Shown here piece after piece: positions 27,992 through 42,581 of a stretch of DNA of 64,000 nucleotides. The position numbers were made by a program, and so were the translations under genes. A model generated the notes under the pieces. It was not told the origin of the DNA. It did no database searches and saw nothing but the letters and a program-made list of their open reading frames with translations. Source of the DNA: the human T2T-CHM13v2.0 reference genome, Homo sapiens; NCBI RefSeq assembly GCF_009914755.1, contig NC_060926.1; one strand, 5' to 3'. Numbering within the stretch: position 1 is the first letter of the stretch; every line of letters starts with the position of its first letter.

Positions 27992-28453
27992 GAGCACTCC
28001 CTGTGTTATGATCAGTTAGTAAGTGAGTGCCTCTGATGGGATTTTGATTGGCCACATCTAGTAGGTCCAGGACTCTGCATTTTTGCGATAATTCTAAGTC
28101 ATCTGTTGCAGAGACCTCCTTTTGAACAACGCTGACTTGAAATATTTGCCTTAATTCCAAAATATTTAAAACAGAAATGCCTCTAATAGAGAGAAAGTCA
28201 TTCACTTTATGCTTTTCATAGGAGAAGTTTCTAAAGAATCTAGAGAGGCTGGGACATGGGCTGCTTTGCCACACCCTCTTGGGACGTCCCTTGAAACTTG
28301 CTGCCGAAACTGCTGGACTTGTTTTCAGGATCTGTTTACCATGGGACTCCTGGATGCAAGAAGTTTTCTGAAAATAAACCTTTAAGTCAACCTGGACACT
28401 TTCTGACTGTTCTCTTGGTAACCTCGGTTGATCCCCTGGGAGTTAGTAATTAG

Positions 28454-28643
28454 ACCGGGGCCCGTCGTGGGGTCGGGGGGAGGGGGCAGAGATAGCATTA
28501 GGAGCTATGCCTAATGTAAATGACGAGCTAATGGGTGCAGCACACCAACATGGCACACGTATACATATGTGACAAACCTGTACGTTGTGCACATGTACCC
28601 TAGAACTTAAAGTATAATATAAATAAATAAATAATAAAAAAAG
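28454..28643 (+). mobile_element. Short L1PA (about PA3-5) 3' end
   Basis: gatagcattaggag...aatgggtgcagcacaccaacatggcaca...tgtaccctagaacttaaagtataat. Confidence 0.92.
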
Positions 28644-29597
28644 AATTAATTTGAACTTGCTTCACGTCAAGACCCACCGTCCTCTGCCAGCACTGTATTT
28701 CATTTGCCTTACCCCCACTTTCCCCAAAGCATTTCTCATGGACTACGCCTACAGCAAGATAACACTTTAAAAACATGTCTGTATATCTAAATAAATCCCA
28801 GATGAATTAAGGAGGAAAACGTTAAAAATCAAGAAACCAAAACATATAAGCCTTAGAAATAAGTCTTTAATCTTGAGGTCAGGTGGTCTGGCAAAGCTCC
28901 AGTATCAATATCTGTATAATCTGCATGTTTTTCTTTGAGACTGTCAGCTCCTCGAGAAGACTCTGCCTGCTCCTGCCAGGAACCAGTGGGGCAGAGAGGC
29001 CGGGCTGTGGGCAACCAGGGAAGGTCCCCTGTAGTCTGGGCAGGCGCCAGGCTGGGAGGCAGCACCTTGGAGCCCACCTGAGAGTGGAGCGCAGGCTTCT
29101 GCCTGTGGGGAGGACCAGTGGTCCAGACACTCAGAGACTGGAGACACCTGAAGATCTCGCTGTGTCCTAAACACACTGTTGCCCAGTCTGCTTTCTTTCT
29201 GCACCACATTCACTTCCAATTCGAGAGTGCCTGGTGCTGCCAGCTCGCAGGGCTGCAGGGATCCCACGGGGTAAGGAGATGCTCTTATGGGGTCCTCACT
29301 GCTGACTCGGGACTCCACGTTCCAGGCCGGGCGTCTTCCCGCATCTGTGTGCTTGCAGCTACTGAGGACTGTCACAGCCTGGGTCCCTCCTGGGGTCAAC
29401 ACTGTTGATGGGCCTTGGACATTAACAAGTCCGTTTCCATGCAGTGTTCATGGGGCTTGAAGAGGGAGCCAAAAGGAGGTGCATGCATTCCAGCCATCAC
29501 TTGTACCTGGGGAAGATGATGATCTATTTTCTTATTAAATGCATTAAAATAGCATGTAATACAGCTGCTCTGTGAAACTCATCGAGAGAAAGCATTT

Positions 29598-29673
29598 AAA
29601 AAGGAAAAGAAAAGAAAAAAGAAAGAAAAGAAAAGAAAAGAAAAAAAGACAAGAAAAGAAAAGAAAAAAGAAA
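29598..29673. repeat. (GAAAA)n A-rich low-complexity tract
   Basis: Direct reading of the sequence. Confidence 0.85.
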
Positions 29674-31745
29674 ATACAAACTTCTAAGTAACCTTCAAGA
29701 AATGTGGCTACCAAAGAGAACCCACACTCAATAACCATCCAGCTCCATGCAGGGACTTGGCCAGCACTGCCAATGGGCTCACAGGGACACAGGGAAAGTC
29801 AGGGCGCATCCGCTGGCCAGGTGCCTGCGTCCCACGGAAAGACTCACCTGAACCAGAGAATAAGTGGTCTCCTCTTTCCCCTGTCCCCAGCACCCCGCAA
29901 AAAAAAAAAAAAAAAAAAAAAAAAAAGCAAAAATAAAATCCTCTTGGGAAGAAAACTTCAGATTCCCTCAGTCATAACCTAGTAATTTAATACCTATCTT
30001 GGGAGAAAAGCATCCCTCTTGGCTTAAATAAAAGTATCCATGCATACACACAAGTCTAGTTTTGCCCATTTTTTCTTCTTCAGTGGGTCCAGTTTCCCCT
30101 CTCACTGCCTGTTTGTTAAAGCCTATTATTAGATCTCTCTACATCTTTTCTCTGATAAGTAAAAAGGATGTAATCCTTAGCACTTAGCTCCTATTTTCAA
30201 GTTTTGCTTCATCTCAATTTTTCCTTTCTTATCTTCCCCCGAGTTCTCTGGAGCACTTTTGAAGTTGATAATGCCTTAACTACGCTAAGATCCTTGGAAT
30301 CATCTGACCGACACCGACTACTGATTATTCACCTCACCTGGACACTTATAGTTATTTTTGCTTCTTACATATTGTTCCTCTACTATATTGCTAGTGTTCC
30401 TCTTCTAGCTCTCTATGACCTTTAGACCTTCTGCACCACTTCAGCTTATGGCTGGCTTATGCCCTTTGTTTTTCTACTCTAATTGCCTTATAGCAATATC
30501 AATGGTCTTAGCTTTCTTCTCAAAGTGATATTGATTATGGCAACACTTGGATTGGTGGGAATCAAAAGTAAGTAAATATACTATGATGCAAAGTATTTTT
30601 ATTGAAAATTGTATTTGTATACTTATTTTCTAGTTATTTTAGAATATATTTTATTTTTATTTAAAATATTTTGTTTAATTAGTTCATAATAAGATTGAAA
30701 TTGCATTGGTTTAGCATCACCAAATCAACATTTGGTGTGGATATGTATTAGTGGGGGGACAATTCATTTCATTCTTTCTCTCTCTCTCTCTCTGTCATTG
30801 TCTTTCTTATTAAACTCAGGTTGGCATTCTACAGTGAGCTACTTGCAGAATACTGGGCTCTTAACACACCAAGATGTGCCACCTTAATGTTAACCTGGCA
30901 TTGCTTTATTGTAAGAAGAAAAATTACTATTGTTCTGTAAAGAAATCAGTGTGCACTCTGCTTAACAAACATGCTGCTACCTTCAAATTGCGCAGCTGTG
31001 GCATCCTGTTTGTTCTCTCTTCTTGTGAACCATAGCTCAGAGCATTTCTGTTCTGGGTCTTAGATGAGAGAAAAAAATAAAATGAACACACCCAGCACTA
31101 TGACTTCAGAGAGTACCAAGGGGAGTGCGAGTCAGGCCAGGTTGGAGAACAGCTGAGCATGGTGACATCGGAATTTTATGTCACTGCTACTTAGACATCA
31201 ACCCTGAAACATGTGACTTAACAGCATGAACCACGCAGCAGCATGGTCACCGCTGAAGAGTCTTAAAAGATTGAGGGTTGTTTCTACTTCATTGAAGAAA
31301 TGTTGAAAGGCAGAGGCTGTTTTTGTGTAACCCTAATAAGAATGTTAGAACTAATTTAGGCACTGATAAGTAATAGTTTAAATTCAGATAATGAAGCTCT
31401 TATATAGTACTTATTGATATAGTTAATTCAACTTTGTTTTATCTAGAATCTTGACTTATAATAGTAATACAAATTAATGACAATATGTAATCATGTTAAT
31501 GAATAGGTTGACCATAATATTGATTATTCAACTTTACACCTTTGGTAGTGAATGAAAATGCTCTTAATAGTTACGTGAGGTCAGTAGGAAGAAACCAGGA
31601 CCATCGCAGGAAAACAGCAACATTTGGCCACCCTTTTTGTGAAGAATTGTATTGTTAAAGAAAGCACAATTGACTGACTTGTGTTCTAAATGCCCCAGGA
31701 CTGACTTGGCCACAGCAAAGGGAAACCAAATAAGCTTTCCTTTAC

Positions 31746-32133
31746 TGTATCAGCCCATTTTCGTACTGCTATGAAGAAATACCTAAGACTGGGTAATTTA
31801 CAAAGAAAAACAGGTTTAATGGACTCAGAGTTTCACATAACTGGGGAGGCCTCACAGTCTCACATAACTGGGGAGGCCTCACAGTCATGGTGGAAGGCAT
31901 AGGAGCAAAGGCACCTCTTACACGGCAGCAGGCAAGAGAGTGTGTGCAGGGGAATTGGCCTTTATAAAACCATCAGATCTCATGAGACTTATTCATTATC
32001 ATGAGAACAACACAGAAAAAAACCCACGCCCATTATTCAATAACCTCTCACTGGGTCCTTCCCATGACACATGGGGCTTTGGTAGCTACAATTCAAGATG
32101 AGATTTGGGTGGGGACACAGCCGAACTATATCG
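31746..32133 (-). mobile_element. THE1 (C-like) solo LTR with a 27-bp internal tandem duplication
   Basis: tgtatcag...gactgggtaattta...caagatgagatttgggtggggacacagcc; TSD tttac/cttac. Confidence 0.92.
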
Positions 32134-32479
32134 CTTACTTCATACCTAATATCTGTTCCTCCACTCCTGTGGTGTCGTGGAGTGAGAGGGATGCTGAGCC
32201 AAGGGGCTGCTCTGCAGTCAGGAGGGCACAGACCTGGAGGGCGGGAGGTCACTTTGCAGATGACTCAGGCTCCCATCAGGGTCTCGTGAGAAGGTGTGGC
32301 TCACAAAGTCTGAGCAAATTCCCTTACATTAGCTGGGTCTCCTCTGTAGTTGCTGGAAGGTGTTCTGAGCAAATCCAATTCTACCAAGCAAAGAGCAAGT
32401 TAACGTCACGGATGAAAATTAAACAAGAATTTTTCAATTTGACAATAAGTTAATTTTGAACCTGAATGAACTACTTTTC

Positions 32480-32482
<3 letters not shown>

Positions 32483-32520
<38 letters not shown>

Positions 32521-32800
32521 CATAGAATCATGTCTATATATTATATATAGACTATATCTATATAATATATATTATATAGACTATATCTATATAATATATA
32601 TTATATAGACTATATCTGTATTATATATACTATATAGTATATATAATATATATATATTATATATATAATATAATATATAAATATTATATATATATAATAT
32701 AATATATAATACATATATACATATATACATGCATAATATATATAATATACACATGTATGTAATATATAATATATATAATATTTATATATATAATATATAT
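32483..32800. repeat. (TA)n and AT-only low-complexity array including 2.5 copies of a 29-bp unit
   Basis: tatagactatatctatataatatatatta at 32546, 32575 and partially at 32604. Confidence 0.9.
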
Positions 32801-34418
32801 GTGGGGTATCAATGGTAAGTATATGAACATACTGATGGGTGCATTTCCTAAACATCTGTTATAATTTATTTTGTTCCCAAAATTTCCTAGAGATTGTCTA
32901 TGATTATTCAGAGTGTAACTCCACACCCTTTTTTTCTGAACAGATTTTCAGGAAATCAGGCAACATCACATGGATAGTTCACCATTATCTTATGTTCTAT
33001 GTTCTTCAGTGCTGAATTTCTTTAGCTCAAGAAGTCTTTCACACAGGGGGTATGATTTCCTCATGTTACAGATAAGGCGACAGAAATGCTAAGAGCGTTG
33101 TTCAAGATTTCATAGAATTTGGTGGTGTTGCACTCATTTTCCCGCTTTCTTCTAGACCAGTGGTTTTTCACATTCTCTTCCTGAATAGAAGGGATTCTCC
33201 ATACCCTGCCAGGAACTATGGGAATTCTGTGAGAGGAAGGACTGACCTGGGGGAGGAGCAGGCCACAATGCCACTTCAGCCCACATTTCCTGAAATCTGC
33301 ACTAGAGACCAGATTTCTTAGAATTTTACTTGAAAATTGCTCTGCTGCTTAAAAGATATTTAAAAACAGGTGCCTTAAGCCATGTTGTTCCCACATTTTA
33401 TGCACAAACACACAGACATAGGTGCATATGCATACACACAGGCTGTGCAGGAAGGAGGGCGGGAGGACGTGGCTGGAAGAACCCAGGAGCAATGCTTCTC
33501 CCACGTTCTGCATCTTCCTGGGGAACCTCATCTATTCATCGCATCCTGATGCCTCTGCTCCCCTGGCCTCCATCTGGCTCTTCCAGGGTACAATTGTACC
33601 CTGTGGCTGAAGAAATACATTCTCATGAAATAAGGAAGCAGGAGGAATAGGGCAAGTTTCCCCTCTTCTTGGCTGTAGTTCACACCTCACCACCTAAATA
33701 TAGGCCCGTGCTCTCAGGTGAGTCGGGTGGAGGTATTCCCAGAACACATGTTAAATTTCCCCTTAGCAACTGCAAAAGCTTGAGAGCAGGTTAGGTCAGG
33801 AGAGATCCCAGGGTCAGAGTAGGCTGCGGTAAAGCAGAAAAAGAGAGGAGGAAATGTTTGAAGGCCAGGTTGACCTGACTTTGACCAAGTGAAGCTGTGG
33901 GCCAACTCAGCTCTCAGCCCTGTCATCTACCCCTCTCAGTCCTGGCCTGGCTTCCTGACCTGTAAGAGTCTGCATCTCGGTGAGGGTGTTGACTTCTCCT
34001 CAATGAGGCCGCATTGCTTCAGGAGCAGGTTCATTCGTTTTCAAAGCTGACACTCATACCCGAGGGATTCTGAAGGAGGGAGAAGCCTGTTTGAATTCGG
34101 ATGGTTGGGTTGACCTTCCTTTTCAGGAAGGGAGCCACAGCCTCAGCAGGCTAAAGGCAGCCAAGACACAGGTCAACGGTGTTCACTCTGGTTTTTCACA
34201 GCAAAGTAGTACACTACTCTCCTAGAACACACACTTCTGAAACTGTGCTGCTTCACTTATGACAGCAAGAGGACCCAACCATCCTGGTACATGGGCACCA
34301 ATAGACAGAGCCACACAGAGGGCCGGAGGGGAAGGAAAGGGTGCTGGCGCAGCTTAAGCTCTGAGGTTGCCGCCTTACGTTTCTTCCGCGGCCAACAGCC
34401 ATGCAATAAGAGCCATGA

Positions 34419-34908
<490 letters not shown>

Positions 34909-37900
34909 CATTTCTCAATATCCAGTCTAAATTCCAAGACCCCTAAGGACAGGAAAACACATTTTCATATATTCTCCTTTAAGAATTCTTCTCACCATGC
35001 CATTCCCAACCCGTATGCAATTTTAATACATGTTTAATAAATATAATTACATAAAATGAAAATTTAGCTTTACACATCCTCGGGTTCTAGTAACTTATTT
35101 AACAAGAGGGATGGTAATAGTGGTTCCATGTGTGGGAGACAGTGAAATCACACACAAAAAATAGAAATTATACAAGCATGATAAAAAAAAAAAACATTTT
35201 TTATCTGTAGGTCTGTTTTCATGAACATTTTCAAATGATAACCCACTAAGAAAAATTTTAGATAAACTAAAAAGAATGCTGTGAGATAATTCTTACCTTG
35301 CTAGGATCGGTTGAGGATGTAACCAAATAAGGCAGGAGTTCAGTGAAGAGACTCCTTTGACCCTAAGGGATGGTCCAACTTCCATGGTTCAACCTCTGCA
35401 ATTGACAATATGCTTTCGATTTTAAACATTGGAGTAATACCTAAGTTCCAGTCAATAAATTTTGGCTTTAGAAATGTATCCTTTGAATTTGCTTCTATAT
35501 TTATTGCATGTTTAATTAGTTAATATCTAGATATTTAATATATGTTGAAAACTGGAAAACTTGCAAAGAAAGTTTAAAAATAAGAAATTTTCATCAAATG
35601 TGAATAATTTTCATGTTTAGAAAAAAATTTTCTGTTGGCTAAGATAACACCTACATAATTACTTTTAAAGAAAATAAACAAAATGACTTAATTGTGACCA
35701 TTTTAAATATATCTGTCCAGAGCATATTTATATATGAGTAGTTTTGAAGAATTAATTGAAAAATACATTATCTCTTATTTTATTTTTGTTCAAAAATTTA
35801 AAATATGTAATTAGAGTCAAAAATACCATTTGGATATAGGCTCTCAGTATGGCCATTTATAACACTTTTATAGGAAGAATAAAACCATCCATTAAGTGAT
35901 GCTACACAGGAAAATTGAGAATTGGAGTAAAATATTTTTGGTGATTCTATATTTAAAATGTTGCTTATGCATGGACACAAAGATGCAGAATTCAAATAAA
36001 TGTTGTCTTTTTATATTTGACATAAACTACTTCCTCCACCCAAACATAAGACATATTCATATAAGACAGATGCTTAGAAATATATTTAGGTGGTTGCAGA
36101 TTTTATCCCTACATTTTTCATTTAGTTATTTAATTTTATGGCAAATATTATAGTTTATTTTTAATATAATATTATTGTTTTAATGACAGTTTTACATGCT
36201 TAAAATCTAGATTAAGTCTTTATGTCTATGTATACATAGATAGCTCAGAAAAGCACTCAGAAATAACAAAAACTTTTCCATTAATTCTTAAAATTTTCAA
36301 TGCATACAATTCCCTAGGTGTCAAGAATAGCTCCCAAGAAGCTTTTAAATGTGTAATATTGACCTGATTTCAAGACATATAAAAAGCCACCTTCTTACTG
36401 GCCACAGGTATGGATAGCATGGCTACAGAGCTTTTCCTGTCTCCTAGACCTTACCAGAATATCCCACAGGCTGCTAGGCATTTACCTAAGAGAGTGCGAT
36501 GGCTTTTTCAGAGCAGTTATAATCTACTGGGTCAAAGCATGTTCTGTTGTTACAACATTTTCACTTATTCTGCAGTCAGAGAGGTCTAGCCGATCAGGCC
36601 AGAGGCACGAATCCTCATGAAATATTTAAGAAAGGCCTTCCTCCATGCACACACGAATAAGCCTCCCAAATCACGTGGCTGAGGCAGTTTTAAATTCTGA
36701 CTTTGGGAAGGAAATAAAAAATAATTTAAAAAATCACAAAATTAAGCAAATAGAAAATTTCACATGAAAGCAATCAGCAGGTAGAATGCCACCGGTGGCA
36801 TTTTGAAGGTCCTGTAAAGCGTGGGGTTATGGAGTGATTAATGACCACAACGTCATCAACAACCCTGGGATGCGGTGGGGGAGAGAGGAAGGGGGCAGGT
36901 GTACTGCAAGCTTAATCATGTATCTTCATTCCTTGGTTAAGAAACACTCCTGTGGAACCTGAGAGCTCCATGAGGACCTTGATGTTCTGTTCACAAGCAG
37001 CTGCCTTTCTAAAGCATTGCATTAATTCAATAATTTCTGACAGACAGAAAGATTATTTAATAAGTCTATCTGTGTGAAAACTATTTCCAATCGGGAAGTA
37101 CCCACGGCTGTTTCTCCACTGGTTTATCCTCAGCACGTTCAGGAAAAAGAGTAACCACGTGAAGTCAGGGCTTTCATCTCTGTTGAGATGCTGACCTGAC
37201 ATCCAACCTGCTCCTTTTGACCTTAAGTTGCTGCTATTTTGTCTCTGTAACAGGCAAAGAGATAACAAAGATACCTATTACCTATGGGGGAAGAGGAAGC
37301 TTCAACTATATCCAAGGATAGGCTCTGCATATGATTTCTGGCCTTTGAAAAAGCAGCAAACTAGATTTTTCCAAGGCAAAGATTACCACTCTAACATTGT
37401 CTGTCTGTCTTCATATAAAATGGCAATGGGAGATATTCTAGCACCAGGCTCTGGGCCTTCCAAAGCTTGCACTCCTGTCTGCCCTCCCCCACCCATCTCG
37501 TCTACCCTCACTCTGCCTTCCTTCTAGCCCAGCGTCTTAAGATAAAAGGAGGATGCCATGCAGTGTAAATGCAGTCAGTTGTCAACGTATCCGTGCACAT
37601 TCTCAGTCTCTGTTCAATGTTCCATGACAACAAGGTGAGACGGCAGAGGTTATCCGAACAGCTGCCGCCTAAGCTGGAAATTCCAGGCATTGAGCACCAT
37701 CTGTCTATACATTCACAAATGTATATAAGGGCCATCTATCAGGCTGGAGCACTGCAGCTGCCTCCCCGGCAGGCCTGCTTCCTTTCTCGGCGCTGAACAA
37801 TAAGAGCTAGTTCTTCACTTTGTGTCACACAGAATGGCTGATTTGATTAAGTCCCCAACTCTCATTATGCTAGGTAGGAGTGTAGAATTTCAATGATAAT

Positions 37901-40900
37901 CCATAATGCATGACCAGTTTGTCACCATGGCAACATAAATTCAAGGTTACTAGCTCAGACGCATAATTGGGTGTGCATTGAGTGCTGAGGAAGGCTGTTA
38001 AAATTCTTGTCATAGAAAAGTAGCATCCATCATACTGTCTGAAATTGCAAAGTACTCATAATCAGACAGAAAAATCCTTGGAGAAAAATGTTAATAAAAT
38101 AACTATTACAGTCTAATAAAATTATTAAGTTTAACCACTTTAGTTTTTAAAGTATTTCAGTTAATAAGAATGAAATAGACACCTCATTAAACATTGGAGA
38201 CTTGGATTTAACCTCCCCCATCGATATCTGCATTGAAATATGGACCTAAAGAATTTTTGGTCTGTTTGATTGATTGATCAAAACAAGCCCATATAATAAA
38301 ATATATCGTTGTGCATTTTTGTTTCATTTTTGTATTTCAGATTGGATTTTTCTTAGCTGTAAGACTATTTCCTTAATAAAATGATCTGGGGAAAAACTAA
38401 ATCTACTTCTTTGCTTTTAAAAGCTCAAAATTAAATTATGCATGTTATTTGCTGTACCTCCCAAAGTAGAGAGATGGAAACTAAGGTGGTGATGAAAAGA
38501 TGCAACAGTAAAGAGTCGAAAGGAGATAGGAATATTTTGAATTATCAGCCCATCCAACTATGACTGGGACAAATATTTTGGTATTCATAAATAGGTGTAA
38601 TGGAAATTGTATTCAGATGTATATGACTATTAAAAATCCAATACAAAAACAAATGTGTACCCTCCAAAAGGATTTAATCTTGGACCAAAATAATTATGGT
38701 AATTACTTGTTTTGGTATCTGCCTTTGCCAATGAAGTAGAACCAGGCAGAGAGTTATAAATGAGCTCTTGGCAAATGGCTTAGAATTCAGCTCCGAGTGT
38801 TATTGGAGGAGCATATCATGGCTCATGGTGGATTTTCCCCCATTTCCTTTGATTGAGTAAAACCAATGTTTCTCTGGATTTTAAGTATAAAATGCTTTGC
38901 TCTGGAGTATTATTTATTATAATTTTTCACCAAACATGACAAAATTTAGCTGTATTTCCTTTAGCTACAGGACACAGGAGTGCGTATGTTTTTAAGAGAC
39001 AAGTCTGCCTTTGTTACTGAGATTCAGCTTTCATTTAATTCTGTTGGAGAAAATTAAGACTCATTGACTTAAAAGATAAGAGAATTCCTGCCAAATAAAG
39101 GCAGACTTGGCCACATGACCATGGAAATAATTTTGTGCTTTTGCATAGACCTTGTAGGAAGTGAGATTTAATTGCTTCTTCATTCTTTTCACACTTAGCC
39201 CTCTCATCCTGTCTCAACCCTGCTTTCCTCTCCAGCTACGATGCAAGATATACACAAAAGCGGTTATTTCTCATGTATCACATCTACTGTCATTACAAAA
39301 TAATGAAAACAGCGGGTAAAGGTACAAATAAAATTAATTGTAGGCAGCTGACAACACTTTGTATACATTTTTACCTTATAAAATTTCTAATATTGTCCTC
39401 AGTTTTCTACAAAGCCAAATAGGATTAAATGATTTTTTACAGTGAATAACACAGATTTAGTCCTTAAGTTTAAGATCACACCTCCAGGATCTGTGCAGTT
39501 TTTAAAGTGGAACAGAAGAGAAAATCAAGAACCAAAATCAGATGACCTAATTCAGAATATAGATGTAATTTAATATTTTTTAATGTTGTGTTTAATCATA
39601 CTAATGGCTGTGTCCTTTAGATTTTTTTTTAATTGAAGATATCTTGTGTGGTACAATTTTATTTGAAATATGAAAGGGCTCAGTCTGAAAGAACTTGCTT
39701 ACAAAAGTCACATCTGGAAGTATATTCAGATCCAAGCGCACACATGTAACTCCAATTAACATTACACATGCTAAGGAAAATATACCCAGGCGGGCGGCAG
39801 AGGGGGAGGGGTAGAGGAACCAAAGAAAGGGGTTTGTGTCTCTGATTTAAATACAAGTGACTTTGTGGAGAACACCAGCTTGTGGTCAAATGAACTCCTA
39901 TTGTGGAAGTGCACTGGCTCTCAAGACAGAATAACATTTCTGATTTGAGTTTAGTGAAGTACAGCCGTGATCAGGCACAAATGCTGAGCTGCTATACCTA
40001 GACTAAAATGAAATCGCTACAAGCTGTTTAGGGGATGAGTATGATTCCGTTTGGGAAATCTTAAAGGTAATTTAAAATTTTATTATTTGAGGAGTTTGGC
40101 TTTAGTAGACTTAAATATACGTATTTGTATTGATCACTACTGTTATGTACCAATTCAAAACTTACTGTTGGATATTTTTAATCATTCTTTATGCTATGTA
40201 CACACATAAGAACCAAAAAACTGCGGTTAAGCCACAAGCATACAGATCAATACCACGAGTTTCAGGATAACCAATACTGCAGTGTTTTCCAGTATTCTTG
40301 AAAAAGAAAATGAAGGACAATCTGTAACATTTTCTCTTTATCAAATCCAAAATAATGAAGATATTACAATATGAGTAATATGTAAAATTGTAGACTTATG
40401 TCCACTGTGTCTCATTAATTTTTACATGAAACCTACACTTGTCATTTGAAAATATACTGTAGATAATTTTCATTTTTAACAAGCTACGATTTGATATTAG
40501 TCAATTATTTTAAGATTGAAATAATTATGAAATAAGCACCTGATAAATATCTACGAAAAATTATGTATCATACCTCCAAATAAATTGTGCAACAGTGAGA
40601 TAGAACTTATGTGTTGAAATTGGGAAGGGATTCTAATTATCTCAGTGTTGGTTATGTAAAAGATATATATCAGCTGAAAAGAGTAAGCAAAGGAATTATT
40701 GTTTCTGCAATCAGCTTTATTTACACTTGAGTCAGGCCTTTATTTTCCTCATTACTTTCCCTCTGCATGATAATTTTTGTTTCTTAAGCACTTCATATTC
40801 TGATGCCTTTCTCTGCATTGGCTGTGCTGGGGATCACAACACCATACCCCACAATATGGCACTTCATCATTTTGAATATTTTAAGCTGAACGACATTGAG

Positions 40901-41168
40901 AAAACCTCAGAAGCAGGAAGGTCACTCTCTGATCTTCTCCCTCACTCCTCCCCTGAAGAAGTTCATGTGACAGGTGTCCTGCCCTGTACCCTCTATACCT
41001 GGAGAGAAACTGTCACAGAGAGGCCAAGAAAAATCTGAACAACCAGGCTTTGCCAGGTTCACTCCAGGTGATTACTATTGGATCACACCTTATTGTCCTA
41101 GATCTTACCTCTGCATGCCTCTCCATAGAAATGCACAGTTTTCTCCGATGCTTTTTGAGTCAAAAAAA

Positions 41169-41461
41169 TTTTTTTTTTTTGAAACGGAGTCTCACTCTGT
41201 CACCCAAGCTGGAGTGCTGTGGCGCAATCTCTGCTCACTGAAAGCTCCGTCTCCCAGGTTCACACCATTCTCCTGCCTCAGCCTCCCAAGTAGCTGGGAC
41301 TACAGGCGCCCGCCATCATGCCCGGCTAATTTTTTGTACATTTAGTAGAGACGGGGTTTCACCATGTTAGCCAGGATGGTCTCGATCTCCTGACCTCGTG
41401 ATCCAACCGCCTCGGCCTCCCAAAGTGCTGGGATTACAGGCGTGAGCCACCATGCCCGGCC
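41169..41461 (-). mobile_element. AluY
   Basis: Y-type motifs; flanked by gagtcaaaa on both sides. Confidence 0.92.
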
Positions 41462-41474
41462 CGGAGTCAAAATA

Positions 41475-41583
41475 TTTTTTTAGAGACAGAGTCTGAAACT
41501 CCTGCCTGAAAGCAATCCTCCTTCCTCAGCCTCACAAGTTGAGTAATCACAAGAGATTACAGGGGTGAGCCACCATGCCCAGC
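41475..41583 (-). mobile_element. Alu monomer (FLAM/AluJ fragment)
   Basis: aactcctg...aagcaatcctcc...gattacaggggtgagccaccatgcccagc. Confidence 0.7.
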
Positions 41584-41619
41584 TCTTTCCCTGGGTCTTT
41601 GTTATGCTTTTCTATTGTT

Positions 41620-41919
41620 ATTTTTAAGACAGCATTTTCCTCTGTTGCCCAGGCTGGAGTGCAGTGATGTGATCACAGCTCACTGCACCCTCAACCTCCT
41701 AGGTCAAGTGATTCTCCCTCCTCTCAGGAGGATTCTCAGCCTCGTGAGTAGCTGAGACCACAGTTGTATACCACCATGCCCACCTAATTTTTTTGTATTT
41801 TTTGTAGACATGGGGTCTCGCCATGTTGCCCCATGCTTGCCTTGAACACCTGGGCTCACGCAATCCTCCCGCCTTGGCCTCCCAAAATGCTGAGATTATA
41901 GGTGTGAGCCACCACAGCC
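41620..41919 (-). mobile_element. AluJ
   Basis: gatcacagctcactgc...ctgggctcacgcaatcctccc. Confidence 0.88.
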
Positions 41920-42429
41920 AGTCTCCCTTATTTTTGCTGTGTAATCTCTGCAGCATGGTCATCAATCATGATGCATTGGGACAATGCATGGGGCAATCAT
42001 GCCATGTCACCATCCACAGAGGAGCTGCTGTGATAAACCCTAAGCTGATGTTTCCCCAGGTAGCTCATAAAATACACTTATCCATCATCTTATAACATCG
42101 TAATGGACACTTGTGAAGATGAGCACCAAGCAAAAACATGATTTTCAACTCAATTTTTAAAACTCACCTATGTAACTCCAAATATAGGTGAACCTCCTAC
42201 TACACCATGTTATGGAAATGTATTGAAATTGCCAATCAGTATATATCCAACAAAAGCCAATTAGATCTACGAAAACATAGCAAACTTGTGACCAAAAGGA
42301 AATGGGCAATTGAGTGAAGTGTCTATTTCATACTTTCAAGCAGTTAACATAAAATAAAATTAACATTTTAAGCCACACTGAACATAGTTTAATCTTCATT
42401 GTTAAAAGGCATTAAGTGTTTTGGAGAGC

Positions 42430-42581
42430 ACTTGACTTATAGAACTTGTAGTCTAGAAGGGACCCTAAAAGTTCATCTGTACCAATCTCCCATATAATGC
42501 TTCAACCTACTCTTTAAAACCCTCCAAAATTGATTCTCTGATCAGTAAACAAATCTTTCTAGTGATGAACAACTTACCATT
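42430..42581 (-). mobile_element. L3/CR1 3' end (left part; continues after 46183)
   Basis: tagaagggacc...tcatct...tctagtgatgaacaacttacc; continues tttcccaag...ctacctctaggcactatacataataa at 46187-46480. Confidence 0.55.

Larger units (their letters stand above)
40823..41620 (+). mobile_element. MER34/MER39-group ERV1 LTR interrupted by Alus
   Basis: tgtgctggggatca...ataccccacaatatggcac...cctcagaagcaggaaggtcactctctga...; resumes tttccctgggtcttt...gttatgcttttct. Confidence 0.65.

Noticed and set aside
29860-29940. Orphan 28-nt poly(A) as the tail of a processed pseudogene
   Set aside because: No upstream polyadenylation signal, TSD or recognisable coding sequence.
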